Shown in pieces: positions 9,280 to 21,168 of a stretch of 64,000 bases of DNA. Both the position numbers and the translations under genes were made by a program. Source of the stretch: a virus (lineage: Duplodnaviria; Heunggongvirae; Uroviricota; Caudoviricetes); the IMG/VR virus record IMGVR_UViG_2939521961_000009; one strand, 5' to 3'. Every line of letters begins with the position of its first letter. Positions within the stretch are counted from its first letter, which is position 1. The notes under the pieces are model-generated. The model saw only the letters and a program-made list of their open reading frames with translations, ran no database searches and had not been told where the DNA came from.

Positions 9280-12200
9280 TCAACGAATACTGATGCCGGA
9301 AGCAGCTTTTTTGGTCACAATCACCGTACAATCGGTGATATTGCCTGCCCCCTGATTGCCTTTCTGGAAAATCTTAAACTCCAGAGTGACGCTACCACCA
9401 CCACTAGGCATATCAATAACTGCACTGTAACTACCGGGAATGGCCCCTTTAGTTTCTCTGGATGCGATTAATACGCCGTTTTTGCGAACTTCAAAACCAT
9501 AACCCGTGTATCGCGTGCCTCCTGGGTTATTTCCGCTCCCCGGATCGTCATACGCTATACCGTTAAAAATAATGGGCGGAATAATAATCTGGCGGTCAAA
9601 GTTATGATCATCGCTGATGGTGACTGTAACCGTACCGTTTGGTGTTTCCGTGTTACCCCACGTACCGACTTTTTTCGGGAAGGCTTTTGATACAGCTTTA
9701 ACGAAATCCCCTCTGACCTGGGTCGCCTCCAGCATGCCCTTAATCGTACAGTTCTGGTTAATCGTGACATTGTTGAGCGTTCCTGAGTTCGCATTCACAC
9801 TGCCACTGATATCCGCATTTTTAGCGGTCAGCTTTCCGTCTGATGTCAGGGAAAATACCGGAGGACTGCCACCGCTGGTAATGGTGGGGGCCGTCAGGCG
9901 CTTCAGGAACACGTCGTTCATGAATATCTGGTTGCCCTGCGCCACAAACATCGGCGTTTCATTCCCGTTTGCCGGGTCAATAAACGCGATACGGTTAGCG
10001 GCAACCAGAAACTGGCTCAGCTTGCCTTCCTCCGTGTCCTCCATGCTGAGGCCAATACCCGCGACATAATGTTTGCCGTCTTTGGTCTGCTCAATTTTGA
10101 CGCCCCACATGGCATTCCATTTATCGTTGGCGTCTTTCCACTCTTTCGAAAACTCCTCCAGTTTGCTGGCGTTATCCTCCGTCAGCTCGACTTTTTCCAG
10201 CAGCTCCTTGCCGAGATGGGATTCGGTTATCTGGCCTTTGAAAAAATCCAGGTAACCTTCCGCATCATCGCTCGCCCGACCGACAGCCTCCACAAATGCC
10301 GATTTGCCAACAGTGTTCACACTGCGGATATAAAAGTAATAATCATGGCCCGGTTTGATATTGATACTGGCGGCTATCCAGTACAGCGCCGTGCCAAGAT
10401 AGCGGGCTGTGGTTTCAACCTGCCTGATATCGGTAATCCGCTTTTCCGAGAACCAGAACTCAAACTGTACCGTCGGGTCATAAATGGCAAGATGCGGCGT
10501 GGCGGTTATCTGAAAATAGCCCGGCGTCAGCTCAATCCTCGACGGTGCTGCCGGTGCGGCAATCCGGAACGATACCGACGCCGCATCGCCCTGCTGCCCC
10601 CACGCATTTACCGCCCGGACTGTCAGCCTGTAGTTCCCCAGCGCCAGTTGCGTGAAGCGGTATGTGGTTTCCGTCGTCCGGGCCGTGCTGACCAGCCGCT
10701 CACTGCCGTCGTCCGCTGTTACGGTCAGACGGAGCAGGAAGCTCACGCCCTTCACCACCTTCGGTGTGTCCCATCGCGCCAGCACCTGATATTCCCCGCT
10801 GTCTGCAGTGACTTCTGCGGTCAGGTGCTGCACCGCTGGCGGCGTGACACCATTCACCGTGCCACTCTGTTCGCCGTCAAAGTGCGCCCCGTTATCCACG
10901 ATGGCCTCTTTTTCCGGCACATGCTGCACGGCGGTGATGGCATACGTGCCGTCGTCGTTCTCACGGATACTCACGCAGCGGAACAGGCGCTGGCGCAGCG
11001 TCGGCAGCTTCAGCCCCCATACGCTGTATTCAGCAACACCCTCAGGAACACGGCTCACTTTTACCTTCACGCCGTCGGTGACGGACTGAACCTCCACGCT
11101 GACCGGATTGCCACTTCCGTCAACCAGGCTTATCAGCGTGGTACCGGAGGATGGCAGCGTGATTTCACGGTCGAGCGTCAGCGTCCGGGTCTGGCTGTTC
11201 ACCGCCAGCACACGACCACCGGTGCTGATACCGGCATAGTCATCATCGCAGATTTCAATAACATCGCCCGGTACATGGCGAAGCCCTTCTGCGCCGACGC
11301 TGAAATCCACGGTCTGCGTCTCCAGCAGCTCCGTTTTAATCAGCCACAGCCCGGCGCGGTGTGCCTGCCCCCGGCTGGTACAGCCAAAGGCATCCATCTT
11401 CGTAACATTACGACCGTAACGGGCAATGGCCTGCGTATCTTCAACAAGCTCTGTCGCCGTCTCCCAGCCGTTGTTCGGGTCAATCCAGTTCACCTCAACG
11501 GCATTATGGCGGTCTTTCAGGGCGCTGAAGCTGTAGCGGAACGGCGCGCCATCATCCGGCATCACCACATTACTGCGGTTATAGGTCCACGCCTTATCCG
11601 ACGGTCGGTTCTGCACGAACGTCAGCGTCTGCCCGTTCCATACCGGCATACAGCGCATCGCCGAGCAGAAATCACTGAGAACGTCCCACGCCTTGCGCTG
11701 TGTGGTCAGGTACGCATTACAGGTGATGCGCGGCTCCGTGCCGCCAAAGCCGTCCGGCACTGACTGGTCGCAATTCTGGCCGATGACATACAGCGCCCAT
11801 TTATCCACATCCGCCGCACCAAGACGTTTCCCCATGCCGTAGCGCGGATGGGTAAGCATATCCCACAGACACCAGGCCATGTTGTTGCTGTATGCCGGTT
11901 TTAACGTTCCGTCCCAGATACCGCTGTATTGTCGCGTCTGCGGGTTATAATTCGACGGCACCTGCAGAATACGCCCGCGCAGATGATAATTACGGCTCAC
12001 CTGCTGGCTGCCGAACTGCTCCGAATCCACCTGTACGCCGACCAGTGCCGTGTTCGGGTAGCACTGTTTCACATCGATGATTTCGGTGTATGACGACCAG
12101 AGCGTTTTGTTCTGCAGCTGGTCTGTGGTGCTGTCCGGCGTCATCCTGCGCATCCGGATACTGAACGGGCGCGGCGGCAGGTTATCCACCACCACAGAGG

Positions 12201-12738
12201 CCAAGTACTGCGAGGTGGTTTTGCCTTTAATGGTGATGTCTTTTTCCGTCACCCAGCCACCGTTACGTTGTATCTGAACCAGCAGGCGGACTTCCGATGG
12301 ATTCCTGTCCCCCTTTGAGGTGGTTTCCACCAGTGCCTGCACACCGAAGGTAAAGCGCAGACGGTCGATGTTTGCCGACGTGATGGTCCGGGTGATCGGC
12401 GTGTCGTATTTCACTTCCGTCCCCAGCACCGTCTCGGATCCGGAGGATTCAAATCCCTCCGGCGGTGTCTGCTCCTGCTCACCGGCCCGGAACACCACCG
12501 TGACGCCGGAGATGTTGGTATTCCCCTCAGTGTCCAGCACTGGCGTACTGTTCAGCAGCACGCTTTTTAATCCATCCACCGGACCTTCAATCGGCCCTTC
12601 GCTGATGGCATCGATCACACTCAGCAACTGCGTGGACTTCAGGTTGTCCTTCGCTTCGCGCGGAGTATGCCCCTTACTGCTGCCTTTACCCATTCCTAAC
12701 GCTCCATAAACGACAAAACCGCCCGGAGGCGGTTTCAC
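9280..12738 (-). CDS. J: Host specificity / central tail fibre protein J, 1152 aa
   Basis: Size and lambda-order position; sequence recalled as J-like. Confidence 0.9.
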   Translation of the reverse strand: MKPPPGGFVVYGALGMGKGSSKGHTPREAKDNLKSTQLLSVIDAISEGPIEGPVDGLKSVLLNSTPVLDTEGNTNISGVTVVFRAGEQEQTPPEGFESSGSETVLGTEVKYDTPITRTITSANIDRLRFTFGVQALVETTSKGDRNPSEVRLLVQIQRNGGWVTEKDITIKGKTTSQYLASVVVDNLPPRPFSIRMRRMTPDSTTDQLQNKTLWSSYTEIIDVKQCYPNTALVGVQVDSEQFGSQQVSRNYHLRGRILQVPSNYNPQTRQYSGIWDGTLKPAYSNNMAWCLWDMLTHPRYGMGKRLGAADVDKWALYVIGQNCDQSVPDGFGGTEPRITCNAYLTTQRKAWDVLSDFCSAMRCMPVWNGQTLTFVQNRPSDKAWTYNRSNVVMPDDGAPFRYSFSALKDRHNAVEVNWIDPNNGWETATELVEDTQAIARYGRNVTKMDAFGCTSRGQAHRAGLWLIKTELLETQTVDFSVGAEGLRHVPGDVIEICDDDYAGISTGGRVLAVNSQTRTLTLDREITLPSSGTTLISLVDGSGNPVSVEVQSVTDGVKVKVSRVPEGVAEYSVWGLKLPTLRQRLFRCVSIRENDDGTYAITAVQHVPEKEAIVDNGAHFDGEQSGTVNGVTPPAVQHLTAEVTADSGEYQVLARWDTPKVVKGVSFLLRLTVTADDGSERLVSTARTTETTYRFTQLALGNYRLTVRAVNAWGQQGDAASVSFRIAAPAAPSRIELTPGYFQITATPHLAIYDPTVQFEFWFSEKRITDIRQVETTARYLGTALYWIAASINIKPGHDYYFYIRSVNTVGKSAFVEAVGRASDDAEGYLDFFKGQITESHLGKELLEKVELTEDNASKLEEFSKEWKDANDKWNAMWGVKIEQTKDGKHYVAGIGLSMEDTEEGKLSQFLVAANRIAFIDPANGNETPMFVAQGNQIFMNDVFLKRLTAPTITSGGSPPVFSLTSDGKLTAKNADISGSVNANSGTLNNVTINQNCTIKGMLEATQVRGDFVKAVSKAFPKKVGTWGNTETPNGTVTVTISDDHNFDRQIIIPPIIFNGIAYDDPGSGNNPGGTRYTGYGFEVRKNGVLIASRETKGAIPGSYSAVIDMPSGGGSVTLEFKIFQKGNQGAGNITDCTVIVTKKAASGISIR

Positions 12739-12753
12739 ATAAAACGTTTTTCA

Positions 12754-13401
12754 TCAGCGACCAATCACTACAACCTGACCACCATCCCCTTCGTCTGCCG
12801 TGCTGATCTCCTGAGAGACCACCCGCGACCCCACGCGCATTTCACCGTACAGAACGGGCAGAACATTGCCCTGGGCAACCATGTTATCCAGTGAGGAGAA
12901 ATAGGTGTTCTGTTTGCCGTTATCTGTACTTGCTGCCGTGGGCGTCCTGGCTTTCGGTGCCAGCATCTGCGCCACTCCGCCCAGGATCATACTGGCCCCT
13001 GCCGCATACATGCCCGATACAGCCGCGGCACCCAGCCAGCCCACAGGGTTCCACCATGCCACCGCAATCAGCGCCGCCCCCAGCACCACCTGAAACACAC
13101 CGCCACTTTTAGCTCCCGCCAGACGCGGCACGATGTGGATCACGGCACCATTTGCCAGCGGCTCATTAAGACGGGCAGACAATTCGGTTTCACCTGCATC
13201 ACGCCCGGCAATGCGTACCTGGTACCAGCCGTCGCTCAGTTTCTGACGAAACGCCGGGATCTGCATGGCCAGCGCCCGGATGGCTTCAGACCCCGTTTTC
13301 ACTCGAAGGTCGATGCGGCGGCCAAATCGTTGTAAATCCCCGTAAAGGCAGATGCGTGCCATGCCCGGTGACGCCAGAGGGAGTGTGTGCGTCGCTGCCA
13401 T
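12754..13401 (-). CDS. I: Tail assembly protein I
   Basis: Lambda-order position, C-terminal hydrophobic Gly/Ala-rich segment. Confidence 0.8.
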   Translation of the reverse strand: MAATHTLPLASPGMARICLYGDLQRFGRRIDLRVKTGSEAIRALAMQIPAFRQKLSDGWYQVRIAGRDAGETELSARLNEPLANGAVIHIVPRLAGAKSGGVFQVVLGAALIAVAWWNPVGWLGAAAVSGMYAAGASMILGGVAQMLAPKARTPTAASTDNGKQNTYFSSLDNMVAQGNVLPVLYGEMRVGSRVVSQEISTADEGDGGQVVVIGR

Positions 13402-14042
13402 TTGTCGGTATACCTCTCTCGTTTACTCAGTTGTTCAGGAATATGGTGCAGCAGCTCACCGTCGCCGCAGTAAATGGCGGCATGATTCGGCACCGATGAA
13501 CCAAAACAGCACAGCAGCACATCGCCCGGTTGTGCTGATGACAACGCCACCTGATACAGCCCTGTGGCCTCCAGATTATCCAGATAGAGATTCTGACCGT
13601 TACGCCACCAGTCATCCCCGCGATGAAAATCCGGCATCTCAATCCCCGCCAGATGATAAGCATCCCGGAACAGCGTGTAACAGTCCGTCACCCCGTGCTC
13701 AAAGCGCCGCCCGGTGAGATGCGGCACACAGCGGAACTTGTGAATCGCCCCCCGGCAGACCAGCCACCACGGCAAATCACTCTGCACCTGCAGCCGCCGG
13801 TCAGCCTCACTCAGCCAGGGCAGACCACCGGGATGACTGTGGACCAGTGCCACAATCTCACCCTGCATCTCTGCCTGCAGCCAGTCCTCCGGAGCCATCC
13901 GGAAATAATCCTCCGGCTCACCGGAAATATTCACGCAGGGAAAATATCTTTCCCCCTCCGGCGCTCTCACCACGAAGCCGCACGACTCCGCTGGCGCACA
14001 TCGCCGGGCGTGCGCCAGAATCGCTGATTCTGTCTCTGTCAT
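13299..14042 (-). CDS. K: Tail assembly protein K (JAMM/MPN plus NlpC/P60-like), start taken at MTETESAIL
   Basis: HSHP motif and Cys/His-containing C-terminal domain; lambda order. Confidence 0.8.
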   Translation of the reverse strand: MTETESAILAHARRCAPAESCGFVVRAPEGERYFPCVNISGEPEDYFRMAPEDWLQAEMQGEIVALVHSHPGGLPWLSEADRRLQVQSDLPWWLVCRGAIHKFRCVPHLTGRRFEHGVTDCYTLFRDAYHLAGIEMPDFHRGDDWWRNGQNLYLDNLEATGLYQVALSSAQPGDVLLCCFGSSVPNHAAIYCGDGELLHHIPEQLSKRERYTDKWQRRTHSLWRHRAWHASAFTGIYNDLAAASTFE

Positions 14043-14046
14043 GGGA

Positions 14047-14745
14047 TTACTGCGAAAGTTTGTTAATGGAAAGGAAGCCGCCAAAGTTGCCGACGTTATT
14101 GCGAAACTTACAGCCGCTCAGGCATTTGCTGCATTTATCCTTCGTGATATCGGACGTCGGCTGGTCATATTCATCCGCGACTGCCGGACCGTGATAACCG
14201 CACTCATCACCGCGATAGGTCCAGGTGCAGGTGTTGGCCAGCATGATACGTCCCGGAAAAACAGCGCCGTCCGTTTCCGTCGGCGTGGACAGTACAAAAG
14301 AGGCACTCACCGCGCTCAGTTCGCTGCACTGCTCAATGCGCCAGCGGCTGATCACCTCCTGCTCCGGATCGGCGTCACTGTTTCCGTTGACGAAGTTCAC
14401 CGCATCCAGAAAACGGGCGTAAACCTTACGCCGGACCACCGTTCCGCCGACCAGACTCTGCAGATCTTCCGCCATCCCGGTGACCATACCGTACAGGTTA
14501 GAAACCGTCAGTGTCGGACGGGCAGCACTGCCCTTGCCGTTCAGTTCAAATCCCGTCCCCTGAATGGGGTATACCTGATACTGCCGCCCCTGCCAGATAA
14601 CCGGCTCACCTTTTTCGTTCTGCTCATTACAGAAAAAATAACGTTCACCACCGACCTCTGTCAGATCGATTTCCCAGAGCACCACCTGGGCTGACTGAGT
14701 GAGGCGTGTCGTCTCATGATGTGTTTCCTGTGGAATATCCTGCAT
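14047..14745 (-). CDS. L: Minor tail protein L
   Basis: Lambda-order position and size (232 aa). Confidence 0.85.
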   Translation of the reverse strand: MQDIPQETHHETTRLTQSAQVVLWEIDLTEVGGERYFFCNEQNEKGEPVIWQGRQYQVYPIQGTGFELNGKGSAARPTLTVSNLYGMVTGMAEDLQSLVGGTVVRRKVYARFLDAVNFVNGNSDADPEQEVISRWRIEQCSELSAVSASFVLSTPTETDGAVFPGRIMLANTCTWTYRGDECGYHGPAVADEYDQPTSDITKDKCSKCLSGCKFRNNVGNFGGFLSINKLSQ

Positions 14746-14754
14746 CAGAGCCTC

Positions 14755-15084
14755 CTATGCCACGACCTGTTCAAAATCTGCCGTTATGGTTACCCACAGC
14801 GCCCCCACGCTTGCCGACCATTTACGACAAACCACCCTGATCGGTTTCCAGTCATAAGGTGGCGTCCACTGAAATGCACGGACGCCACCGTGCCGTTCCA
14901 GAAAGGCTTTTAAAGATGGGTGGTCACATTTACGAACACGTATCGTCACGCTGTAAGTCGACAACTGGTTATTCAGTCCCGCCGCACGACGCTGTTCATA
15001 ACCATCGCCCAGCTTCACTGTCACCACTTTCGGCTCTGATACCACATTCATATCCGGGCGCACTTTCCAGTGAAACGTCTCCAT
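14755..15084 (-). CDS. M: Minor tail protein M
   Basis: Lambda-order position and size (109 aa). Confidence 0.85.
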   Translation of the reverse strand: METFHWKVRPDMNVVSEPKVVTVKLGDGYEQRRAAGLNNQLSTYSVTIRVRKCDHPSLKAFLERHGGVRAFQWTPPYDWKPIRVVCRKWSASVGALWVTITADFEQVVA

Positions 15085-18000
15085 TACCGATATGCTCCAC
15101 TTAACCGACCACCATCACGGGCCTGCTGTTGCATAAAGTCCGCTGCCGCTTTTTTCCCGAGGTCATAAACCGCCTTCAGGGCAGCCGGACCTATCTGCCC
15201 GTTCGTGCCATCGTTATTGATCTCGATGTTGTACTGCGGGGAAAACATCGCCATACCTGACCCCCCAATATCCGCCACAACCCCCAGCTTACCGTCAGCA
15301 CCACGACGCAATGGCAGAATGGCTTCAGGTCCCGCTTCCCCCATCACACCCGCGCCTTTTGCAAAAGCAAAAAACGTCGGACGGTTAACCACCGTGCCAC
15401 TGTAACGACTCAAATCAGCAGACTGATAAATCCCCCCATTGGCATTCAGGGAAAGGCTGCTGAGATCAAATCCCAGTACACTGCCAATCCCTTTTATCGA
15501 TTTCATCATGGTTGCCTGCGCCAGGATTTTCGCCATATCTGACAGCACAGAAGAGGTGAAGGATTTGAAATTGAGTTTGCCGGTAGTGACAAAAGTTGCC
15601 AGGCCATTTCCCATGTTGCTGAAGGCTGACGAGAACACCTGTTCTGCTGTTTCTGCCGTATTATCTGCATCCACGGTAAAATCCTGAAATGCACGCAGGA
15701 CTCCGTTTTTCCAGTTACCCTGCACAACTTCAAGCTGTTGCCAGTAACGGCGATTCTCATTCAGTTGTCGGTTCAGGCTCTCCGTCAGCGCCTGCTCGGC
15801 CTTTCTGTAGTCATCCGTGTTATATGTCCCTTTCTGCTCACTATCCCGCCTCAACTGCTCCAGCTGTTGCTGGTATTTCTGGCGAAGACTCAGTTGTACC
15901 TGATATCGCTGTCGCTGCTGATCACCCATACCCACCGTGGCGATATCCAGGTCATGTTGCTGACGCTGAGCGCGCTCTTCTTCAGCCAGTTGACTGGTCA
16001 GCTGAATTGTTTTTTTCTTCAGCTCGTTGAGTGCCGTCTGTTTCTGAAGCTCCTGCTGTTTTACATCCAGCAGCGTCAGTGCCTGAATCAGTTCATCTTT
16101 ACGGGCCAGCACACTCTTTTCATCTGCCGTCAGTTTTTTCCCGTCCAGGTCGCTGATGCGCTGCTGCAGAGCCAGAAGCTGTTTATGCGCTTCTGTCATC
16201 CTTTCCGTGGCAATGCCTGCTGACTGTCTGGCAGCAGCAATCTGTCCTTCCACCTGTGCCTGTTGCTGACTGTACTGCAGCAATAACCGGGTGGCCTCAT
16301 CATTACGGGTTTCGCGTGTTTTTTTCTTACCGGATGCCAGGGCTTTCTCGTAACGTTCATTTTCACGTTGTATCGCCGCATCCCTGACAGCCTGATCGGC
16401 GTACTGCATGGCATTAATACGCGCAATTTCACGCTGATGTCGTGCTGCTTCCGTTTCATTCATCCGGTTCAGTGCAGCATTTTCAGCATTACGGCGTTTC
16501 TGTTGCTCCTGATAATTCCGCTCTGCCTGCTCTTTTGCATCCTGCAAATCCTTCTGGCGTTTTTTCTCCTGAAGATCGTTAAGACGCTGCTGATCGTATT
16601 CAACCTGAGAAGATGATGCCGTCCAGGGGAGTCTTTTCGCCCGCGACACTTTCTCCTGTAAAGCGGCAATCTGTTCATCCAGCGAGTCTTCACGACCAAT
16701 ATTCATGGCCGCATCCCAGAAACGACTCCACAAATCAGACAGATACTTCAGCGTACTGCCAAGCGCATTGAGGTTATTATCAATATCCGCAGTACGCCGA
16801 CCGGTTTCCTCTGCCAGTGCAGACATGGCTATCCGTGCAGCATCACTGGACCGCCCCTGCTCCCCAAGGACGCGTATCTGCTCAAGCTGAGTGGCAGTAA
16901 GAAAATGCAGCTCATTGTCCAGAGCCTTCGCGGCATTTACAGGATCATCCTTCAGCCGCTTAAACTGATTTATGGTATCGCTGACCGACTGGCCAACCGA
17001 TCGCTCCATCTGTGCGGCAACTCTCGCCACCATACCGATATCGTTTCCACGAAATGCACCACTCCCCACCACCTGAGCCAGCGCACCGGCTGCAGCATGT
17101 TGCGTGATACCATTCCCGGAAATAGCACGACTGAGCGTCCACAGCTGCCCGGCAGTGACTCCGGCATAATGCCCCGTCAGCGACAACTGGCGGTTAAATT
17201 CTTCCCCCTCCTTCTGACCGTCATACCAGGCTTTACCCAGACCATAGACGGCCGCGGCAATACCGCCAATAACCCCGCCAAGCATCATGCCTTTCGGTGA
17301 CATCAGTGTGTCTATCCATCCGGCACGGTTAGCCAGCGTTATCCCGGATCCCCTCAGCGCCCCTAAATTGCCGCGGGCCAGTTCACCTATCAGAACGCCT
17401 ATCTCCTGGCGGGCTGCTGCACTTTTCAGACCCAGCGAATGCGTGGCTTTTCCTGCCTGCTCCATTTTGCGGATATACACTTCTGCAGCACTGCTTACCC
17501 CCAGCTGGGCTGCCTTAGCACGAAGCAACTCAGAAGATGAAAGATTCAGGCGGGTTGCCTGCTCTTTAAGCTGACGGATAAACGCCACTTTCTGTCGGGT
17601 AGCCTCTTCCTCAGCCTGTGTAAGAACACGGGTTTTCGCAGTAACCTCAGAAATCAGCGCCAGATAATCCTGCTGACCAATCCCGCCACTGTTTCTGGCC
17701 TGTCGGATCTGCTGCTGAATACGCTGTAATTCCTGCAGCCCCGCACTGGCCTGTTTCACACTGTCAATCTGACGATAAAACGCAGCAGCCGCTTTATCCT
17801 GAGCCTCCGCCAGAGCCATGGCCTGCGCCTGTTCCTCGCGCATTTTCTGGCTCAGTGCCTCCATGCGCTGGCGGGTTTTCTCCACCTCGCGGGCCATGCG
17901 TTCATGAGCCTGTGCGTTCTTCTCCACCGTCTGCGCATGGACGGATGCGGCTGTTGCAGCCGAAGAAGCTGCCTGCGTTGTCTGCCGGGCGGCCTGAGTC

Positions 18001-18179
18001 TGACGCTCCATAAAACGCTGCATACGGGCAGAAGACCGTTCTGCATCGCTGGCTGCACCATTCAGAAGGTTTTTGATACGGGGAATTTCATTTTTAAACT
18101 CTGCCGCATCAATCCCCAAATCAATGACCAGGTTGGCTATCTGGTCCATAACGCACACCTCCGGAAATACCTTCCCCAA
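15084..18179 (-). CDS. H: Tail tape measure protein H, 1031 aa
   Basis: Long coiled-coil-rich ORF between GT and M. Confidence 0.85.
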   Translation of the reverse strand: MGKVFPEVCVMDQIANLVIDLGIDAAEFKNEIPRIKNLLNGAASDAERSSARMQRFMERQTQAARQTTQAASSAATAASVHAQTVEKNAQAHERMAREVEKTRQRMEALSQKMREEQAQAMALAEAQDKAAAAFYRQIDSVKQASAGLQELQRIQQQIRQARNSGGIGQQDYLALISEVTAKTRVLTQAEEEATRQKVAFIRQLKEQATRLNLSSSELLRAKAAQLGVSSAAEVYIRKMEQAGKATHSLGLKSAAARQEIGVLIGELARGNLGALRGSGITLANRAGWIDTLMSPKGMMLGGVIGGIAAAVYGLGKAWYDGQKEGEEFNRQLSLTGHYAGVTAGQLWTLSRAISGNGITQHAAAGALAQVVGSGAFRGNDIGMVARVAAQMERSVGQSVSDTINQFKRLKDDPVNAAKALDNELHFLTATQLEQIRVLGEQGRSSDAARIAMSALAEETGRRTADIDNNLNALGSTLKYLSDLWSRFWDAAMNIGREDSLDEQIAALQEKVSRAKRLPWTASSSQVEYDQQRLNDLQEKKRQKDLQDAKEQAERNYQEQQKRRNAENAALNRMNETEAARHQREIARINAMQYADQAVRDAAIQRENERYEKALASGKKKTRETRNDEATRLLLQYSQQQAQVEGQIAAARQSAGIATERMTEAHKQLLALQQRISDLDGKKLTADEKSVLARKDELIQALTLLDVKQQELQKQTALNELKKKTIQLTSQLAEEERAQRQQHDLDIATVGMGDQQRQRYQVQLSLRQKYQQQLEQLRRDSEQKGTYNTDDYRKAEQALTESLNRQLNENRRYWQQLEVVQGNWKNGVLRAFQDFTVDADNTAETAEQVFSSAFSNMGNGLATFVTTGKLNFKSFTSSVLSDMAKILAQATMMKSIKGIGSVLGFDLSSLSLNANGGIYQSADLSRYSGTVVNRPTFFAFAKGAGVMGEAGPEAILPLRRGADGKLGVVADIGGSGMAMFSPQYNIEINNDGTNGQIGPAALKAVYDLGKKAAADFMQQQARDGGRLSGAYR

Positions 18180-18887
18180 GATGCATCAGTTCTTCGTCCG
18201 TTCGCTCCGGTATCCCGTTCTCTTCCGGTAAAAGGCTGAAATCAGCCACCGCAGCATCACTGCTGCCGGACACCATTCTCACGATCAATGCCTTCAGCGA
18301 GGCAAACTGCGCATCCATCCACACATCACTGAAGCTCTGCATCCGGAAATAATCGCCCCACTCACCAAGCTCAGTGGCCGACATTTCCGACAGCATCCGC
18401 CGCCAGTCTGCCCGCCGGAACTCCCGGGCAAGCCGCATGACAAACTGCATTTCCCGCGTCAGGACTTTTCCGGCGTCAGCGCCTCATGCTCATCATCCAC
18501 GGCATTATCAATGGCCCCCATACCGCTCAGCGACAGAACCATCTCCGCCCCCGCACCCAGGGCATCATACGACCATGTTGTAATAACGGATGCGCAAAGC
18601 GTCTCTACATCCTTAGACTGATCCGCATTCCACAGTGAGCGGGAAACCAGCCAGGCATTGATATCCATCCCCATCCGCAGAAAAGCAATCTGTCGTTCAG
18701 CCTCCGGCAGTTCTCCCTCCCCGGCATCAAACTTTGCCGTTCGCTGCTGAACAAACGTCAGATATTCAATTCTCTGCAGCCCGGACAGCTCACTGAGCAC
18801 CACGGACTGTTTTTCATAATTAAACGTGTCCTGTTTCAGAAACATCATGTTCTCCACCTGCAAAAAAGCCCCGAATAACCGGGGCAA
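18121..18887 (-). CDS. G: Tail assembly chaperones G (about 18459-18845) and GT (made by -1 frameshift at G-GAA-AAG at the end of G, T part 18121-18458)
   Basis: Two overlapping frames; the -1 shift at CCGGAAAAG joins G exactly to the T-frame peptide. Confidence 0.7.
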
Positions 18888-18905
18888 ATGATGAGTATCG
18901 TCCTG

Positions 18906-19649
18906 TTAACCTGCTGCGCTGACAGTCACCGCAGTCACAGCCACAAAATTCCCGTCAGCGGTCATGCCCACAATGCTGACACTGCCCTGCTTCACGCCTT
19001 TTACCGTGGCCACAAGTCCGTTCAGGGTAACCGTGGCAGTCTGTGGATCTGACGAATGCACACTGATCGCTTTGTCACTGGCTCCGTCAGGTTTTACTGT
19101 AAAGGTCAGCGTGGTGGTTGCTCCCACTTTTACACTGGCAGACGCCGGTGATACTGTCAGCCCGGTAACGCTCACGGTTTCAGTGCCTTCCTCTGCCAGA
19201 TACGGACGCCCCACACCGCTGATTTTCACAGTGCGGGTCATCACGTCTTTTGAGGCAATGGTTTTACCCAGTGAGCTCAGCCAGCCACGGAAAACATCAA
19301 CAGTGCCGTTGGGATATTTGATACGAAACGCGCAGACTTCACCGGAGTCGAACAACTGAACCAGTTTTTTCTGCCCGCTGTCACCCGGACGCCAGGCCAG
19401 CGTCGCCGAAGTATCACCAACGGATTTCTGCCCCTGGGTTGTCGTTTTCCAGTCTGCATCTTCATCATCGAGATAAGTGTCATCTTCTGCATCAGCGGTC
19501 ATTTCGCCAGGTTGCAGATCCTTCACCATCGCAAGACGCAGCCAGTCAGTGTCCGACAAAGGGTTCGCAAACGCATCGCCGTTGCCGGTATACATCCAGA
19601 ACGTCGTCCCCGCACCTTTCGTCTTTGCCAGTGGATTTGGTGTGGTCAT
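18906..19649 (-). CDS. V: Major tail protein V (start taken at MTTPNPLAKT) with C-terminal Ig-like domain
   Basis: Lambda-order position, size, C-terminal Thr/Val-rich beta region. Confidence 0.85.
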   Translation of the reverse strand: MTTPNPLAKTKGAGTTFWMYTGNGDAFANPLSDTDWLRLAMVKDLQPGEMTADAEDDTYLDDEDADWKTTTQGQKSVGDTSATLAWRPGDSGQKKLVQLFDSGEVCAFRIKYPNGTVDVFRGWLSSLGKTIASKDVMTRTVKISGVGRPYLAEEGTETVSVTGLTVSPASASVKVGATTTLTFTVKPDGASDKAISVHSSDPQTATVTLNGLVATVKGVKQGSVSIVGMTADGNFVAVTAVTVSAAG

Positions 19650-19659
19650 TACCACCTCC

Positions 19660-20073
19660 TTAATTCGTGTACGTGATCTGGTACGTGATTTCCGCCATCG
19701 CCCAGGTGGCCATCTCATTATCACGTTGATAGTTAAAACCGAGTGGGATCAGGGTGTCGATGAGTCCGGAAAGTGCCGGTATATCATTCAGGGCAGGGAA
19801 AATGGTGCTCTCCATCCACATATCCAGCTCTGAATCCGGTGCCTGTGCCCGGATGAAGACGGCAATATGCAGAACAGCCTGCCAGTCATCTTCATCCGTC
19901 ATTTTTCCGGTGTACTGAGCATCACTCAGCCACACCGCCACGGCAGGCAGTTCCTGCGCATCAATAAATGCCGGAAGCCCGTCAAAAAACGTGGCGCTGT
20001 CTCCACACTGTTCCCGAAGGCGTGCCAGTACGGCCTGGCGGATTTGTGTATGTCGGTTCATCGGGTCAGCCAT
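19660..20073 (-). CDS. U: Tail terminator protein U
   Basis: Lambda-order position and size (137 aa). Confidence 0.75.
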   Translation of the reverse strand: MADPMNRHTQIRQAVLARLREQCGDSATFFDGLPAFIDAQELPAVAVWLSDAQYTGKMTDEDDWQAVLHIAVFIRAQAPDSELDMWMESTIFPALNDIPALSGLIDTLIPLGFNYQRDNEMATWAMAEITYQITYTN

Positions 20074-20636
20074 AACCTCAGTTGTTGTTTTAGTGCATAC
20101 CCCAGCTGTTTCGGCATTTCCGCAGCAATGATGTGGTCGCGGGCATCTTCAAATGCCTGTGTCAGCGATCCGGACAGCGGGATTTTCACCACATCAATGG
20201 GGTAACGATTTTTGCCATCAATACGTCGCATCACATGCCAGCGACCATTCGCCAGTTGCTGAATAAACGCATCCCGGAAAAGATATTTACCCACCTTCAG
20301 CACACTGCCACGGTACTGCAGTTTTCCACCACGCCGGGCCAGTCTGACCCGGGCTGTCCCCAGCTTAATGGCGGGCAGATTGCCCCGGTTAACGCGGATC
20401 CTGACCGTCATTTTTCCTGACGGACTGGCTTTAAACACCCGGACACGCTGACGTACCAGTTTCAGGGGGATCCCTTTCACCTGGTTATCTCCCGCAACGG
20501 TATTCCCGGCAACCTGCCGGGTGGCAACCGAGACCGCTTTCTGTGCCACACGGTTTATCGCCCATGCGCTGGCCTGTGGCACCATACGGGTATCAAGGCT
20601 GTTCAGATTGCGGATGGCATTCTCAAGCCCCTTCAT
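20058..20636 (-). CDS. Z: Minor tail protein Z
   Basis: Lambda-order position and size (192 aa). Confidence 0.75.
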   Translation of the reverse strand: MKGLENAIRNLNSLDTRMVPQASAWAINRVAQKAVSVATRQVAGNTVAGDNQVKGIPLKLVRQRVRVFKASPSGKMTVRIRVNRGNLPAIKLGTARVRLARRGGKLQYRGSVLKVGKYLFRDAFIQQLANGRWHVMRRIDGKNRYPIDVVKIPLSGSLTQAFEDARDHIIAAEMPKQLGYALKQQLRLWLTR

Positions 20637-20647
20637 CCCACACCTCT

Positions 20648-20923
20648 TTACTCAATAAAGATCATTGGCTTACCGTTAAAACGTTCATGCCGTGTGACCG
20701 TCCATTGTTGTCCGTCATAAACAACGCGATCCCCGCGCCGTGGGCGGTATCCCGAAGAAAACACCACCAGAGAGACCGCAGGTCCGGACAGAGCATTCAG
20801 CTCTGCCAGTGTTTCTCCCGGGATCACAATCATATCGACATCATTAATCGAGGCTGTCTTTCCCATCTTTCTGACCGTGATCGCATCCATACGCGCTGCC
20901 AGCCGGGAAAAGGGATCAGACAT
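20648..20923 (-). CDS. Head-tail joining protein, FII-like (91 aa)
   Basis: C-terminal RRGDRVVYDGQQWTV resembles recalled lambda FII RRGDTLTIGEENFWV; position upstream of Z. Confidence 0.6.
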   Translation of the reverse strand: MSDPFSRLAARMDAITVRKMGKTASINDVDMIVIPGETLAELNALSGPAVSLVVFSSGYRPRRGDRVVYDGQQWTVTRHERFNGKPMIFIE

Positions 20924-21168
20924 TGAGTTTTACCGGCACTTCTTCTGCACTGGTTCCGGCATCTGCCCAGACAACCCCGACCAGCGGCTCAGAGCCGCTG
21001 TTAGTCAGCTGAACTTTTCCTGACTTCAGATAAACCTTCTTACCCGTTTTCATGTCATCCGTTTTCAGCTTAGGCAGCATAAACACACCTTCGGTTATGC
21101 CGTCTGAGGTAGCCTGAGTTTAACGGACACTCCTTCCTGAAATAGAATGGCATCAGAAGGAGCTAATA

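Noticed and set aside
10069-11763. 564-aa plus-strand ORF
   Set aside because: Entirely antisense to the J host-specificity gene, Arg/Pro-rich composition typical of antisense frames in GC-rich coding DNA, and opposite to the whole operon.
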